Program-made: the position numbers and the translations under genes
Shown here: in pieces, positions 11,301 to 20,126 of the stretch
Numbering within the stretch: position 1 is the stretch's first letter
Layout of the letters: every line of letters starts with the position of its first letter
The notes under the pieces: generated by a model
Seen by the model: the letters and a program-made list of their open reading frames with translations, nothing else
Told to the model about the DNA's origin: nothing
The model's database searches: none
From: a virus
Lineage: Duplodnaviria; Caudoviricetes
DNA length: 64,000 bases
IMG/VR virus record: IMGVR_UViG_3300014590_000001
Coordinates: 1 to 64,000 of that record
Direction: 5' to 3' (one strand)

Positions 11301-12312
11301 GAATGTGGTAGAAGATAAAACTCCGGTGCTGCCGAAAGTTGTTTTAGGAATTGAAACTCCTAAATCCGAAACAGCGAATCCATCTTTCGTTGCAAATCCG
11401 GATAAGGCAAAAGCAAATCCTGCTGAACCTTCGGCTGTTGTTGCTGCGGATGTTTATGATCATGGAACGGATCATAAATGGTTCCGGTTGGGTGAGTATG
11501 TGGATTACTTCGCATTTGAAGCTGCCGATACTGACACCTATAACTTCAACGCACCTGATCGTACTGCTGTTGCGTGGTATGTGCAAATCATTCCGTCAAG
11601 TCATCACATGATGGATTGGGCGAAACAGGATTACGATCCGTATAAGATTGATATGAACACGGTACGCTATGTTCGTTACATGCGACCGATTGCAGAGTAT
11701 GAAATCGCGGTGCCTCGTTGGTTCGATATTAAAGACCAGTACCAGATTAGTCCGACTGCTGACTTTATTTTCGCTCCGATTACGTATAAGTATTTGAGTA
11801 GCGCGAAGCACACTGAAACATTAACTGTTCATCCTGTTGGTACGCATGTTGAGCAAAAAGTTGGTGGTGATGTTTATAAATCTCCGACTGCTGTTCGTCG
11901 TGTTGTTCCGGCTGCCGTGTATATCAATGATTCAGAGTACGAACCGCGTAACGATGCTGCGGCATACAAATACGCAATGAATACCGCTGATTTAATTTCG
12001 AAACAAGTTATCATCACTGGCGATTATGTGCCTCGTAAACTTGATGCGAATCCGTATCCAGTTGAGCGTATGAAAGTCACGATGTTTGTTCCGGAAACGG
12101 ATTACGGTGAACCTGATCCGCTCAAGAAAGGTTATTTCGCGACCGAACTTGAAGCGCTTCAGAATGCAGTTAACGTCTGGAATAAAACTCCGGATGAAAT
12201 TTTTGCAATTCAACAAACCGATGGATCATGGACGTGGGCTATCAGTATTCCTTGCGGGGAATATTGTGGCGACTTCGGTTGTGACACTCGCGGCTATCTC
12301 GCAGGTGGTTAA
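8350..12312 (+). CDS. Large (1320 aa) virion structural/fibre protein
   Basis: GAGG RBS; beta-rich, 'PDPYPDPFTF' repeat boundary, Cys cluster at C-terminus; structural-gene context. Confidence 0.55.
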   Translation: MALNIQKIVSSNATESWSNAIHIKRYPSGTLKFLVVGGKFENNSDQISVVADAFGMYNFTVTADVPTKQYRSRQVTVYYDYAGQWTLLQEASRIVQATVQKTVTPKALMNGFDALYKADAIDPEFGEAVIAFGATELTPAAMDALTPKTLSSVTLNAAAFDYKNPVWFVADKAARKVHLFNNPADSASLIRYQTISQEFADAFAYYSPATHRRTVAIFGSNGTISWYNVRMEKQPDVVLPYRIMRVVLLKATGAFDPLFAVIDTDGKIHKLDSNFTEVSVKSDEFYVNCHDTLDAYITRDGRLVGTDVAAVYNDPSHFFYAFAPGTEDAYSFNRNTNKLWRWPIKTTVGSLMLGDPDEKRLRYPTTFTNPVTASLLYTAGSDTTGRRSFVDRTTATIENSSRNWSYLSLMSNGATTQLYGYVARPTTTLTHTYVPTYGATLPAYDQALGKTVVFTFTANFDDTDDLLPITLPDGIVWTAKVGGKDVTNVKNGDVVTVTASHGYLTSQPFPFSVGRSTGLVEIVPDPYPDPFTFETIYDVPDYSWQQTETKTLTGINQRLEFSVLIDGEVHDDRVEVYVNGVLTPAPVFMYNGDKFYLKVHHGYNITNIKVFAGEYETEYGIFTVSETEFAPVPNRAYAEINKEYRTVTLTNDGLTALALTIDSAEGEFVQGGKEVTLEVGQSTYLKFTPTETNKKYQIKFGSSRYKYTWDIWTHDTWLDDQPATVYSNGMVAKESDSLHFDAIPENFLTDIRIPAGILFSVDGTDVEAELDSRGVYMNSFMLLDVSCDSVLKMESYPSHQQPKVLEFSLAKVSWLHDFAGTVTYSSGKDSRPTSFAQDAPKVWFESRETNYSIAQYESFKVGATDFSTHMESIEHSSMPTWFNPFAFVAALVAPVSFDREFDYAFESVTNELKQTHEEWYLFAETLMDMPELELGFESRIGLKDGFVFERAYDIAEDTFSSSVDTETTKVILDIAPLSPRPVNWNVVEDKTPVLPKVVLGIETPKSETANPSFVANPDKAKANPAEPSAVVAADVYDHGTDHKWFRLGEYVDYFAFEAADTDTYNFNAPDRTAVAWYVQIIPSSHHMMDWAKQDYDPYKIDMNTVRYVRYMRPIAEYEIAVPRWFDIKDQYQISPTADFIFAPITYKYLSSAKHTETLTVHPVGTHVEQKVGGDVYKSPTAVRRVVPAAVYINDSEYEPRNDAAAYKYAMNTADLISKQVIITGDYVPRKLDANPYPVERMKVTMFVPETDYGEPDPLKKGYFATELEALQNAVNVWNKTPDEIFAIQQTDGSWTWAISIPCGEYCGDFGCDTRGYLAGG

Positions 12313-12336
12313 ATAGAACTAGGAACAAGGAAGTTC

Positions 12337-12343
12337 CTAATTT
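12337..12343 (+). promoter_or_regulatory. Candidate late promoter core CTAATTT
   Basis: The same motif sits 30-45 nt upstream of start codons at 23412, 28963, 41810, 48288, 56181 and 60686. Confidence 0.55.
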
Positions 12344-12372
12344 ATTTCTATCACCTATAACGGAGAATAAGA

Positions 12373-14325
12373 ATGCTCTCTCAATCTGCAACCTACGAAG
12401 AAGCCATTCGTGACTTCAACTGGTTTAAATATACAGGGCAACGCGGGAAAGAAGTTTCAGAACGAACTCATAAGCGCATGATTCGTGATGGCGATATTTT
12501 TGGTATCAAGTCACTCAAAAGCGGTTCACGTTTCACTCTGATTTTCCCTGATATGCCTCACATCAATTTCCCGCTGGATCGCAAGAACGGAAACAGTATT
12601 CTGGAGAAAGCTACGAAACTTCGTAAACTTCCGGATATTGCGCAGCGTGAAGGACGTGCGAAAGCGCGTGGCATTAAAACTACCGAACGTCAATTGCAGC
12701 GTAAGAATTTTGATGCTGCTCGATTCGCACCAAGCAAGATTCCAAACGAATATAAAAACGGTATTGAATTTAGCAACTATCAATGGCGTATCGTTCCAGA
12801 GTTGACGCTCACAATCACGCATACTAAAGGGCGTGAAGTCCTGAAGAAAAATGCGATGATCGGTATGCGCTATTTGCGTGATGCAAAAGGCGGTGTAGTC
12901 ATTAACGAGAAGGGAATGTATTTAAAACTTTCTCCTGAAAACTACGACAAGCTGGTTACTGAAACTTTGGTTATGCCGATTCAAGATTGGCCTAACGGAA
13001 GTATTACAGACGAAGACGTTAAGGCATATCGTGCCGACGCTAAGAGAGCAAAACACGTTTCACAAGTTGAAGCGCGTGAGGCTGCTCGTCTGGAAAAACG
13101 TGCTGAGAAATTGGCACAAGAAATGACTCTGCGCGAAACTAAACGTGCGGCGAAAGAAAATGCTCGTGCTGAACAAGAACGCTTTGATGATATGAAAGAT
13201 AAAATCAAACGCGGCGAAATGGAAGCACCGAAAGCGAAAGCATATGATCCGGAAGACCAAGCGATTCCTACGGTTCGTCTGCGTAGCCAGATTAAATCTA
13301 TTCTTGCAGAAGAAGAATTGCTGGAAGATGAAGAGGAAGATCTGGACGCACAAATCGCGATGGAAGAAATGGATGAAGACGCCAAGTTTGACGACATGTT
13401 TGATCGCCTGTCTGATATTCTTGTTGCTCGTCCGTTCGCGTCTGACAACGTTGGCATTGATTCTGTAGTCGGTTCGCTGTTTGGTGAAGGTGACGACTCC
13501 GCTGATATCGAGAAAGGCGATTTCGATCTTTCCGATGTTGAGGAAGAAGATGACGACGAAGAGGAAGAAGAAACTCCGAAACCTTCTAAAGTTCGCGCCA
13601 AGAAAGATAAAGAAGCTGCGCCAGAAGCTGAAGAGGAAGATTCTGAAGAGGAAGAGGAAGATCCAGAAGCTGAAGAGGAAGAGGAAGATCCAGACGCTGA
13701 AGAAGAGGAAGAAGATCCGGAAGAGGAAGAAGATTCGGAAGAGGAAGAAGATTCGGAAGAGGAAGAGGAAGATCCAGAAGCTGAAGAGGATTCTGAAGAC
13801 GAAGAAGAGGATTCTGAAGACGAAGACGAGGAAGAGGAAGATCCGGAAGCTGAAGAAGACGAAGAAGATTCGGAAGAAGAAGATCCCGAAGCTGACGAGG
13901 ATTCCGAGGATGCAGTAGATGAAAATGATTCGTCAGAAGATGATGACGAAGATGTTCTCAATGCTGAACAAGAGGCGGCAAAAATTGCTAAGAAGAAAGC
14001 TGAGGAAAATAAAGGTACGCCAGAGAAACTGGCAGATCCTGAGCCGGGCGATGTTGTTGTCTTCAAAGCAGACGAAAAACTTAAACGCAAGTGGCTTGTC
14101 CTGAAAGAATCCGCTCACAAATCTTCTGACAGCATTATCATTTACACGCTGTTCGATATTACGAATAGTCCGGATGAAGTTCGTCAGGTTCGTATCAACA
14201 AAGCACGTAAGCAAAGCCTGTTCGATATTGCTGAACACGTTGAAGATATGAAACCTGCTCTGTTCTCTCGCGTCTATGATATGGCCGAAGAGTTCGACGT
14301 TAACAAGGAGCCTATCGTAAGCTAA
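12373..14325 (+). CDS. Probable internal head protein with long Asp/Glu tract
   Basis: GGAG RBS; starts MLSQSA (S-x-S); 'WFKYTG...DGDIFG' module; coiled coil; long acidic low-complexity region. Confidence 0.55.
   Translation: MLSQSATYEEAIRDFNWFKYTGQRGKEVSERTHKRMIRDGDIFGIKSLKSGSRFTLIFPDMPHINFPLDRKNGNSILEKATKLRKLPDIAQREGRAKARGIKTTERQLQRKNFDAARFAPSKIPNEYKNGIEFSNYQWRIVPELTLTITHTKGREVLKKNAMIGMRYLRDAKGGVVINEKGMYLKLSPENYDKLVTETLVMPIQDWPNGSITDEDVKAYRADAKRAKHVSQVEAREAARLEKRAEKLAQEMTLRETKRAAKENARAEQERFDDMKDKIKRGEMEAPKAKAYDPEDQAIPTVRLRSQIKSILAEEELLEDEEEDLDAQIAMEEMDEDAKFDDMFDRLSDILVARPFASDNVGIDSVVGSLFGEGDDSADIEKGDFDLSDVEEEDDDEEEEETPKPSKVRAKKDKEAAPEAEEEDSEEEEEDPEAEEEEEDPDAEEEEEDPEEEEDSEEEEDSEEEEEDPEAEEDSEDEEEDSEDEDEEEEDPEAEEDEEDSEEEDPEADEDSEDAVDENDSSEDDDEDVLNAEQEAAKIAKKKAEENKGTPEKLADPEPGDVVVFKADEKLKRKWLVLKESAHKSSDSIIIYTLFDITNSPDEVRQVRINKARKQSLFDIAEHVEDMKPALFSRVYDMAEEFDVNKEPIVS
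13621..13910 (+). repeat. Degenerate tandem coding repeat (GAAGAGGAAGA-T[C/T]C..., EEEED[P/S]E[A])
   Basis: Units such as ccagaagctgaagaggaagaggaagat and gattcggaagaggaagaa are visibly repeated. Confidence 0.85.
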
Positions 14326-15167
14326 TGGAAACTTTATTTCACTTCACAAAAACATATCATGCTGCTGATATCATCAAACAGAATAAATTTGTTCTGTCGA
14401 TGGCTGAAGCGGCTGAGTCTGATTTGGCGATTAACAAAGGTAAATTGTTTTATCTTTCGCTGACTCGTACTCGCAACAATGCGTTTGCAAATAAAGAGCA
14501 TGGAGTGATGTTTGAAATGGATGGGAGGGCGCTGTCCTCTCGCTTCAAACTCACGCAAGTTGATTATTGGGGCGACCCGAAATATTCCGAAGCTGAAGAA
14601 CGTTTAGTTTCGGATAAACCAACTATCCCTGCGTCACCTTTCATTGTTGCGGTTCACGTAAACTTAGGCCGTAATGACGATGGCAAATATCTGCGCGAAT
14701 TGATCATTGGATGTAAGCGTCGCAAGATTACTGTGTTTGTTTACGATAACCTCAAAGACATGCTTTCAATGCAGAAGTCTCGCCGTCTGTCTCTTGATGA
14801 TCCACGGCTGCAAGCGAAATCAAAAATCATTCGCGGCGGTTATATTCCTCGCGCACGAAAAGATTATGTGCTGCCGTGGCTGGTACTGCTTCACGCGGTT
14901 GTTCAGAAGAAAGTTCCTCAAGTTATGAAACTGAAGAACGCCGATGTGGATTATGTTTTTGATCGTGTGCGTAGAACGTATGGCGATCAGCGTAACCTCG
15001 CAGAGATTGCTTCTGGACTGCGCTCTGATATTGCCAACTCGCGAAACTTTGACCGTAGCGAGAAACGTTCACGTACTCCTGCTGCATTGATGATGTTGGC
15101 GAAACAGCAAGGCATTACGATTGCAGGAATCCCCCGTTTTATTTACGAGGCGATTAAAGATCTATGA
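14325..15167 (+). CDS. ADP-ribosyltransferase-fold-like protein (HxT / SxT / ExE), paralog A
   Basis: LFHFT...YLSLTRTR...VMFEMD...SEAEERL motif order of the ART fold; C-terminal helical region. Confidence 0.5.
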   Translation: METLFHFTKTYHAADIIKQNKFVLSMAEAAESDLAINKGKLFYLSLTRTRNNAFANKEHGVMFEMDGRALSSRFKLTQVDYWGDPKYSEAEERLVSDKPTIPASPFIVAVHVNLGRNDDGKYLRELIIGCKRRKITVFVYDNLKDMLSMQKSRRLSLDDPRLQAKSKIIRGGYIPRARKDYVLPWLVLLHAVVQKKVPQVMKLKNADVDYVFDRVRRTYGDQRNLAEIASGLRSDIANSRNFDRSEKRSRTPAALMMLAKQQGITIAGIPRFIYEAIKDL

Positions 15168-16084
15168 ATGTACTTTATCACTTTACGTCTGCGCAATTTG
15201 CTGCGCAGATTGTTCGTGATGGAAAGTTTCATTTAACGATGGCGGTAGGCAATGAGACAGAAGAACGGTTTGCAAAAGGTAAGCTGTTCTTCCTTTCCAC
15301 CACAAGAACGCGCAGTAATATTTTCGCCACGCGCACTAAAGGCGGTTCCGAAGTAATGTTTGTTTTGGATGCGGATAAATTGCGTAGCCGAAACAAAATG
15401 GTGCCTGTGAACTATTGGGATGACAATCAGAAACATTCTGAAGCGGAAGAACGTATTATCAGCGACAAATCAACTCTGTCTCTTGATTGCGTTATTGCCG
15501 TCCACTGCAACACGGGCATAAACGACGAGGCACGAATCAAAAGCAACGGAATGTTTTTACGTGCGCTGGCTGTTCAGTGTATGAAAAAGAATATTCCTAT
15601 CTACGCATACGGCAAGAAGAAAGATATGCTCACGATGTTACCGTCTAAGCGGATTGGTCTGCTGAATGATGCAACGCGTGAAATGCAGGGGAAAGTTGTT
15701 GCGCCTGTCGATACTCGTCCTGACTTTATCAAACAGATTGAGAAAGAACAGAAAGATCGTGACGCGCAGGATATGACTCCGTTCCTGATTATTCTTCATG
15801 CCGCACTGCGTAGAAATTTTGATGGGCTGGCAACATATTCAAAAGTTTCAGACGTGCAAAAGTATTTCGCAATGTTCTCAAATCTGAATGGATTCAAAGC
15901 TCGCGAAACTTTGCTATCTGAAATGTCACGCCGTTTAATGAATGCGCGATACCACGGTGGTGTTGGATCTAATCAGCTCAAAATTGCAGAAGCCTTTGTG
16001 CAATTGCTGAAAAGAAATCACCTCACATTCAATGAAGTTCCAAAGTTTGTGGCAAATCGTATCGCTGAAACTGTAAATGTTTAA
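15164..16084 (+). CDS. ADP-ribosyltransferase-fold-like protein, paralog B
   Basis: LYHFT...FLSTTRTR...VMFVLD...SEAEERI; ATGA overlap with paralog A. Confidence 0.5.
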   Translation: MNVLYHFTSAQFAAQIVRDGKFHLTMAVGNETEERFAKGKLFFLSTTRTRSNIFATRTKGGSEVMFVLDADKLRSRNKMVPVNYWDDNQKHSEAEERIISDKSTLSLDCVIAVHCNTGINDEARIKSNGMFLRALAVQCMKKNIPIYAYGKKKDMLTMLPSKRIGLLNDATREMQGKVVAPVDTRPDFIKQIEKEQKDRDAQDMTPFLIILHAALRRNFDGLATYSKVSDVQKYFAMFSNLNGFKARETLLSEMSRRLMNARYHGGVGSNQLKIAEAFVQLLKRNHLTFNEVPKFVANRIAETVNV

Positions 16085-16108
16085 CATCATTTGCAGAAGG
16101 ATATTTTC

Positions 16109-18112
16109 ATGACTGGATTACACCGTATTATGCTTGACGATGAAAACGTGAAAAGTGAAAGTGCTTCGATCAGTTTAAAACGTCTTGCAAAGAATCCTCT
16201 GAAAGTTATGGAAACGCTGAATCTAACGCAAGCGAAGAAACTCGTTAATGCGTTAGACGATGCTTACGACGAGGGCGATGCTCTTGTTGACGATTCCATT
16301 TACGACACGATTCGCGATTACATTTCTGAACGCTGGCCTAAGTCTACGCTGGCGAAAAAGATTGGTTCACACGACGATAGCGATGTTAAGTTGCCTGTTC
16401 CAATGGCAAGCCTCAATCAACTGAAACTTTCGTCGCCGTCACTTGCCAAACATCTGGCGAATGGTAACAGCAAAATCATTAGTGATAAGCTGGACGGTCA
16501 AAGTATCGAACTGGTCTACGAAAAAGGAATTCCTGTTCAGGCGTTTACTCGCGGTGACAGCACGAACGGCAAAGACGTTACGCGCCATTTGTCCTCGTTT
16601 AATATTCCGAAAAAGATTCCAACGAAAGAACGTTTCATTGTTCGTTGTGAAGCATTAATCAGCCAGAAGAAATTTATGGCAACGCTTCATAAAGATGCTC
16701 CGGGCGATTATGAATATACTTCTGCGCGTCCTGCCTCCGTTGGTCTGATGCGTCGTTTCGAATCGCCACCTGAAATCAAACATATCGATCTGGTCTGTTT
16801 CGGTATCATTGGCGGCGCTGCATCAAAGAAAAAGAAAAGCGATCAATTCAAACTGCTGAAGCAATACGGGTTCACTGTGGTTCGCCACTTTGGGCCTTTC
16901 GACGATCTTACTGAGCAACAATTGGTAACGATGATCGAAGAACGTATGCGCAAATCAAAGTATGAACTTGATGGCCTCGTAGTGTCTGACAACATTCCTT
17001 CACCTGCATCCACATCAAGCAATCCTAAACACGAATTCAAATTCAAAATGAATACGAGTGCGGATAGCGTTATTACAACGGTGAAAGATATTGTTTATCA
17101 GGAAACAAAATACGGTGTGCTTGCGCCTGTCGTTATTGTTGAACCTGTTGTTGTTCCCGGCGGCATTACGATCAACCGTGCGAATGGTCACAACGGTTTC
17201 TATATCGAACACGGATATTTGAAACCTACGGGCAAGAATAAAGCGCCACACGAAAAGCGTCCGTTAGGTATTGGTGCGAAAGTTAAGCTGGTGCGCAGTA
17301 ATAAAGTTATTCCTTATATTCAGGAAATCGTTAGACCTGCGAAGAAAGCAAAACTTCCGGACGTACCGTATAAAATGGTTGGCGTTGAATTTCAGGCGAA
17401 GAAAAAGTCTGCTACTGCTGATGCGAAACTTCTTGAGAGTTTCATGACGGCGGCAGGTTATTCTAATGCTGGCGAAAGTTCTGCGATGCTGCTGATGGAA
17501 AGCGGTATCAAAGATCCGAAAGCGCTTATTCTTTGCGGTCTGCCTACGCTGCGTAGTATTCTTGGTGATGCTCGCGGTAAAGATATTGCAAAGCACAACA
17601 AAGCGTTGCTTGCTGGCGTTGAATTGAATGTGTGGATGAAAGCAACGGCTCCTTATTTTATGCGCGGTGCAAATACTTCGTTTGATAAAGTTGTCGATGC
17701 GATTCCAAACATTCAGCAAATTCTTCGTCGCGGCGCGTCTGCGGATCTGTCTGCGCTGATTGGTAACATTCACGGAATTAAATCACTGGCACCGAAGATT
17801 GCTTCAGCCTGTGTATCCGCGTATGACCTTGCTCAAGAGATTGGCATTAAGTTGAAAGCGCCGAAGAAAGTTGTTGTGAAAAGTTCCAAACTGAACGGTG
17901 TTAATGTTGCGTTCACTGGTGTGCGTGACGCAGATCTAAAAGCGAAGATTCTTGAGTTAGGCGGTACGGCTAGTGATAGCATGAAAGCTGATACAACGGT
18001 TCTGATTGCAAAAGATCCTGGGTCTGGAAGTTCCAAAGTTCAGAAAGCAATGGACAAAGGAATTCCGATTTACACCATTGATGAATTTAAAAAGAAATAC
18101 AAGGTGACGTGA
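16109..18112 (+). CDS. ligA: NAD+-dependent DNA ligase
   Basis: Domain Ia 'AYDEGDALVDDSIYD', 'PMASL', KLDG adenylation motif, 'TRGD..GKDVT', 'YELDGLV', C-terminal BRCT 'AFTG...LGG....LIA...SSKVQKA..GI.I'. Start placed at the ATG after AAGGA. Confidence 0.95.
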   Translation: MTGLHRIMLDDENVKSESASISLKRLAKNPLKVMETLNLTQAKKLVNALDDAYDEGDALVDDSIYDTIRDYISERWPKSTLAKKIGSHDDSDVKLPVPMASLNQLKLSSPSLAKHLANGNSKIISDKLDGQSIELVYEKGIPVQAFTRGDSTNGKDVTRHLSSFNIPKKIPTKERFIVRCEALISQKKFMATLHKDAPGDYEYTSARPASVGLMRRFESPPEIKHIDLVCFGIIGGAASKKKKSDQFKLLKQYGFTVVRHFGPFDDLTEQQLVTMIEERMRKSKYELDGLVVSDNIPSPASTSSNPKHEFKFKMNTSADSVITTVKDIVYQETKYGVLAPVVIVEPVVVPGGITINRANGHNGFYIEHGYLKPTGKNKAPHEKRPLGIGAKVKLVRSNKVIPYIQEIVRPAKKAKLPDVPYKMVGVEFQAKKKSATADAKLLESFMTAAGYSNAGESSAMLLMESGIKDPKALILCGLPTLRSILGDARGKDIAKHNKALLAGVELNVWMKATAPYFMRGANTSFDKVVDAIPNIQQILRRGASADLSALIGNIHGIKSLAPKIASACVSAYDLAQEIGIKLKAPKKVVVKSSKLNGVNVAFTGVRDADLKAKILELGGTASDSMKADTTVLIAKDPGSGSSKVQKAMDKGIPIYTIDEFKKKYKVT

Positions 18113-19026
18113 TGATTTCAAAACCGTGTGTTGTAGACTTCTGGCGTAACGATGTGCCAGTAGCTCCTCCACTCACGCTTGAGACTCCGAACAACGTTGT
18201 GTTTGAAATTCCGCTGCGCTCTATCATCATTCAGGGCGCTCGCGATTTTGAAACTTCAGAATCTCCATCGCAAGGGATTCTCGACAAAGTTCCTGCTCAA
18301 CGTGGTTGGCGACTAACTCCGATCATCGTCAGTGAGCCGACGCATGGCCGCGTGTGGCTTTCGGCAGATAAAGAAACGTTGCTGTATAAACCTCTCGCTG
18401 GTTTCGTCGGGCAAGATTGCTTTGCCTATGCCGTGACAAATGGTTATCAGCAATCCGTAGTAAACAATATCACGATCAATTGTCGTCGTGGTTACGATTA
18501 CTCTCTGAATGTTTTCCGTCGCAATGCTGCGCGTACTCAACACCGCATGGTTGTGGCACCTGCGTTTAACTTTGCTGACTCTGGATTGCCTACCGTTTAT
18601 CTGCTCGAAGCCAAATGGTATTACAACCAATATGATGCTGTTGCCGATGGAAAGATTACGCGCATTAAAAAGAAACGTACTCTGATTGGCAACACAACAT
18701 GGAACCAAAGTTTTTACGATCAGGTTCGTGCGTTCGCTCCAACAATTCTAAACAGTGGGTTAACGCAAACGGTGAATACGTATTTCGATGATACGTTGCC
18801 GTCAGGTCTGCTGGAAGATACCGCGCAAGTATTCAAGCCACAAGGTTTAGCTGGTGATGTGGAAATTGAATTAAAACTTTATACTGAAACAAAAGAAACT
18901 CCGCTTCTCACCGATATCCACAAAACACTCACGCAAGTTGATCTCAACAAATTCATTGAAATCAAATTCTCTGTACGTGAGCGTTATGGAATTCGCTGGA
19001 CGGAATCTGGCAACATTCAAATCTAA
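18112..19026 (+). CDS. Ig-like (Big_9/cadherin-like) domain virion protein
   Basis: 'IVSEPTHGRV.....LLYKP..GFVGQDCFAYAVTNG' matches the Big_9-type signature. Confidence 0.65.
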   Translation: MISKPCVVDFWRNDVPVAPPLTLETPNNVVFEIPLRSIIIQGARDFETSESPSQGILDKVPAQRGWRLTPIIVSEPTHGRVWLSADKETLLYKPLAGFVGQDCFAYAVTNGYQQSVVNNITINCRRGYDYSLNVFRRNAARTQHRMVVAPAFNFADSGLPTVYLLEAKWYYNQYDAVADGKITRIKKKRTLIGNTTWNQSFYDQVRAFAPTILNSGLTQTVNTYFDDTLPSGLLEDTAQVFKPQGLAGDVEIELKLYTETKETPLLTDIHKTLTQVDLNKFIEIKFSVRERYGIRWTESGNIQI

Positions 19027-19035
19027 GGAAATTCT

Positions 19036-20118
19036 ATGCGTGTGTGCGTAGCTGCAATCTGTCGAAACGAAGAGAAGAACATTGAAGCGTTTCTTGAACA
19101 TGTGAAAGGCGCTGATGAAATCTCTATCGTTGATACAGGCAGCACCGATAATACTGTCCGGTTTATTGAGCGATTCGAACATCCTCGCATTCACTTTTGC
19201 TATGATATTAATGATGGCGTTCGTGATTTAGGTGGCTCGCGAAATCTTGCAGCACAACCTTTTGCAGATGATGATTTAATTGTGTGGCTGGATATTGACG
19301 AACGATTCTCTGATCCTAATTGGGTCGAATCGTTGAAGTCATTGCCTGTTGAACCTGATGCTATTCAGATTCAAATGGATAATCAGGGAAGCATTTACGA
19401 TCAAATGAAAGCGTATCGTAAAGGGCGTTTCCGCTGGCATTATCGTGCTCATGAAGTTTTGATGAACATTGATAATTATCCGGTGGTTGAGGCTCGCGCT
19501 GACTTCCACACATCGCATTTTCCTGACAACGAAAAGCCGCGAAACTATTTACCTGAACTCGCTGCTGACGTAATGGATATGCCACGTAACGAGCGCAGTG
19601 TGTTTTATTATGCGCGTGAACTTTGCTATCGCATTTATGAGTTTCAGGATATTGATTTATATCGCGAAGCAAAAGCAGAAGTTGAGAAACTTAATCGTAT
19701 TGCATATTGGGAAGATTACGTTTGCCTGATCAATACGGAATTAAGTTGTGCGGCGTACATGATGGGTGATATGCCGACTGCAATTAGTGCTTCTCACCGC
19801 GCTATTTCTGCCCGTCCGGATCGTAGCGAAAGTTACGGAACGTTTGCTGATATACTCTGGCGCTCCGGTGACTACGTATTAGCGCTCGGAATTGCCCTTC
19901 AAGGAATTACAGCAAAAAATCAAACTCCTTTCCTTTTTGACTCCTCACAAAGTAATTTAGAACTGTGTTTGGATATAGCTTATAAGTCATGCCAACAACT
20001 TGGAATGATTGATAAGGCGCTTCATTATTTCGCGCAACTATGTTCTGTACGCGGTTTGGATGTGAATGAGTCTATCAAAACGTCTGGATTGCTGGAACAG
20101 TTGCAGAAATCTCAATAG
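19036..20118 (+). CDS. Glycosyltransferase family 2 with TPR-like C-terminus
   Basis: 'ICRNEEKNI..FL', 'IVDTGSTDNT', 'SRN.A', DxD in 'WLDIDE', 'HEVL'; helical TPR-like tail ('FYYAREL'). Confidence 0.9.
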   Translation: MRVCVAAICRNEEKNIEAFLEHVKGADEISIVDTGSTDNTVRFIERFEHPRIHFCYDINDGVRDLGGSRNLAAQPFADDDLIVWLDIDERFSDPNWVESLKSLPVEPDAIQIQMDNQGSIYDQMKAYRKGRFRWHYRAHEVLMNIDNYPVVEARADFHTSHFPDNEKPRNYLPELAADVMDMPRNERSVFYYARELCYRIYEFQDIDLYREAKAEVEKLNRIAYWEDYVCLINTELSCAAYMMGDMPTAISASHRAISARPDRSESYGTFADILWRSGDYVLALGIALQGITAKNQTPFLFDSSQSNLELCLDIAYKSCQQLGMIDKALHYFAQLCSVRGLDVNESIKTSGLLEQLQKSQ

Positions 20119-20126
20119 AGGTTTTT

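Noticed and set aside
13481-13918. Lys/Arg-rich +strand ORF (also 24211..24552 and 36013..36669)
   Set aside because: Alternate-frame read of Glu/Asp codons inside real genes.
12981-14090. 369-aa poly-Ser ORF on the minus strand (also 24101..24658 and 24063..24572)
   Set aside because: Antisense shadow of GAA/GAT-rich acidic tracts; no RBS and against the uniform + strand polarity.
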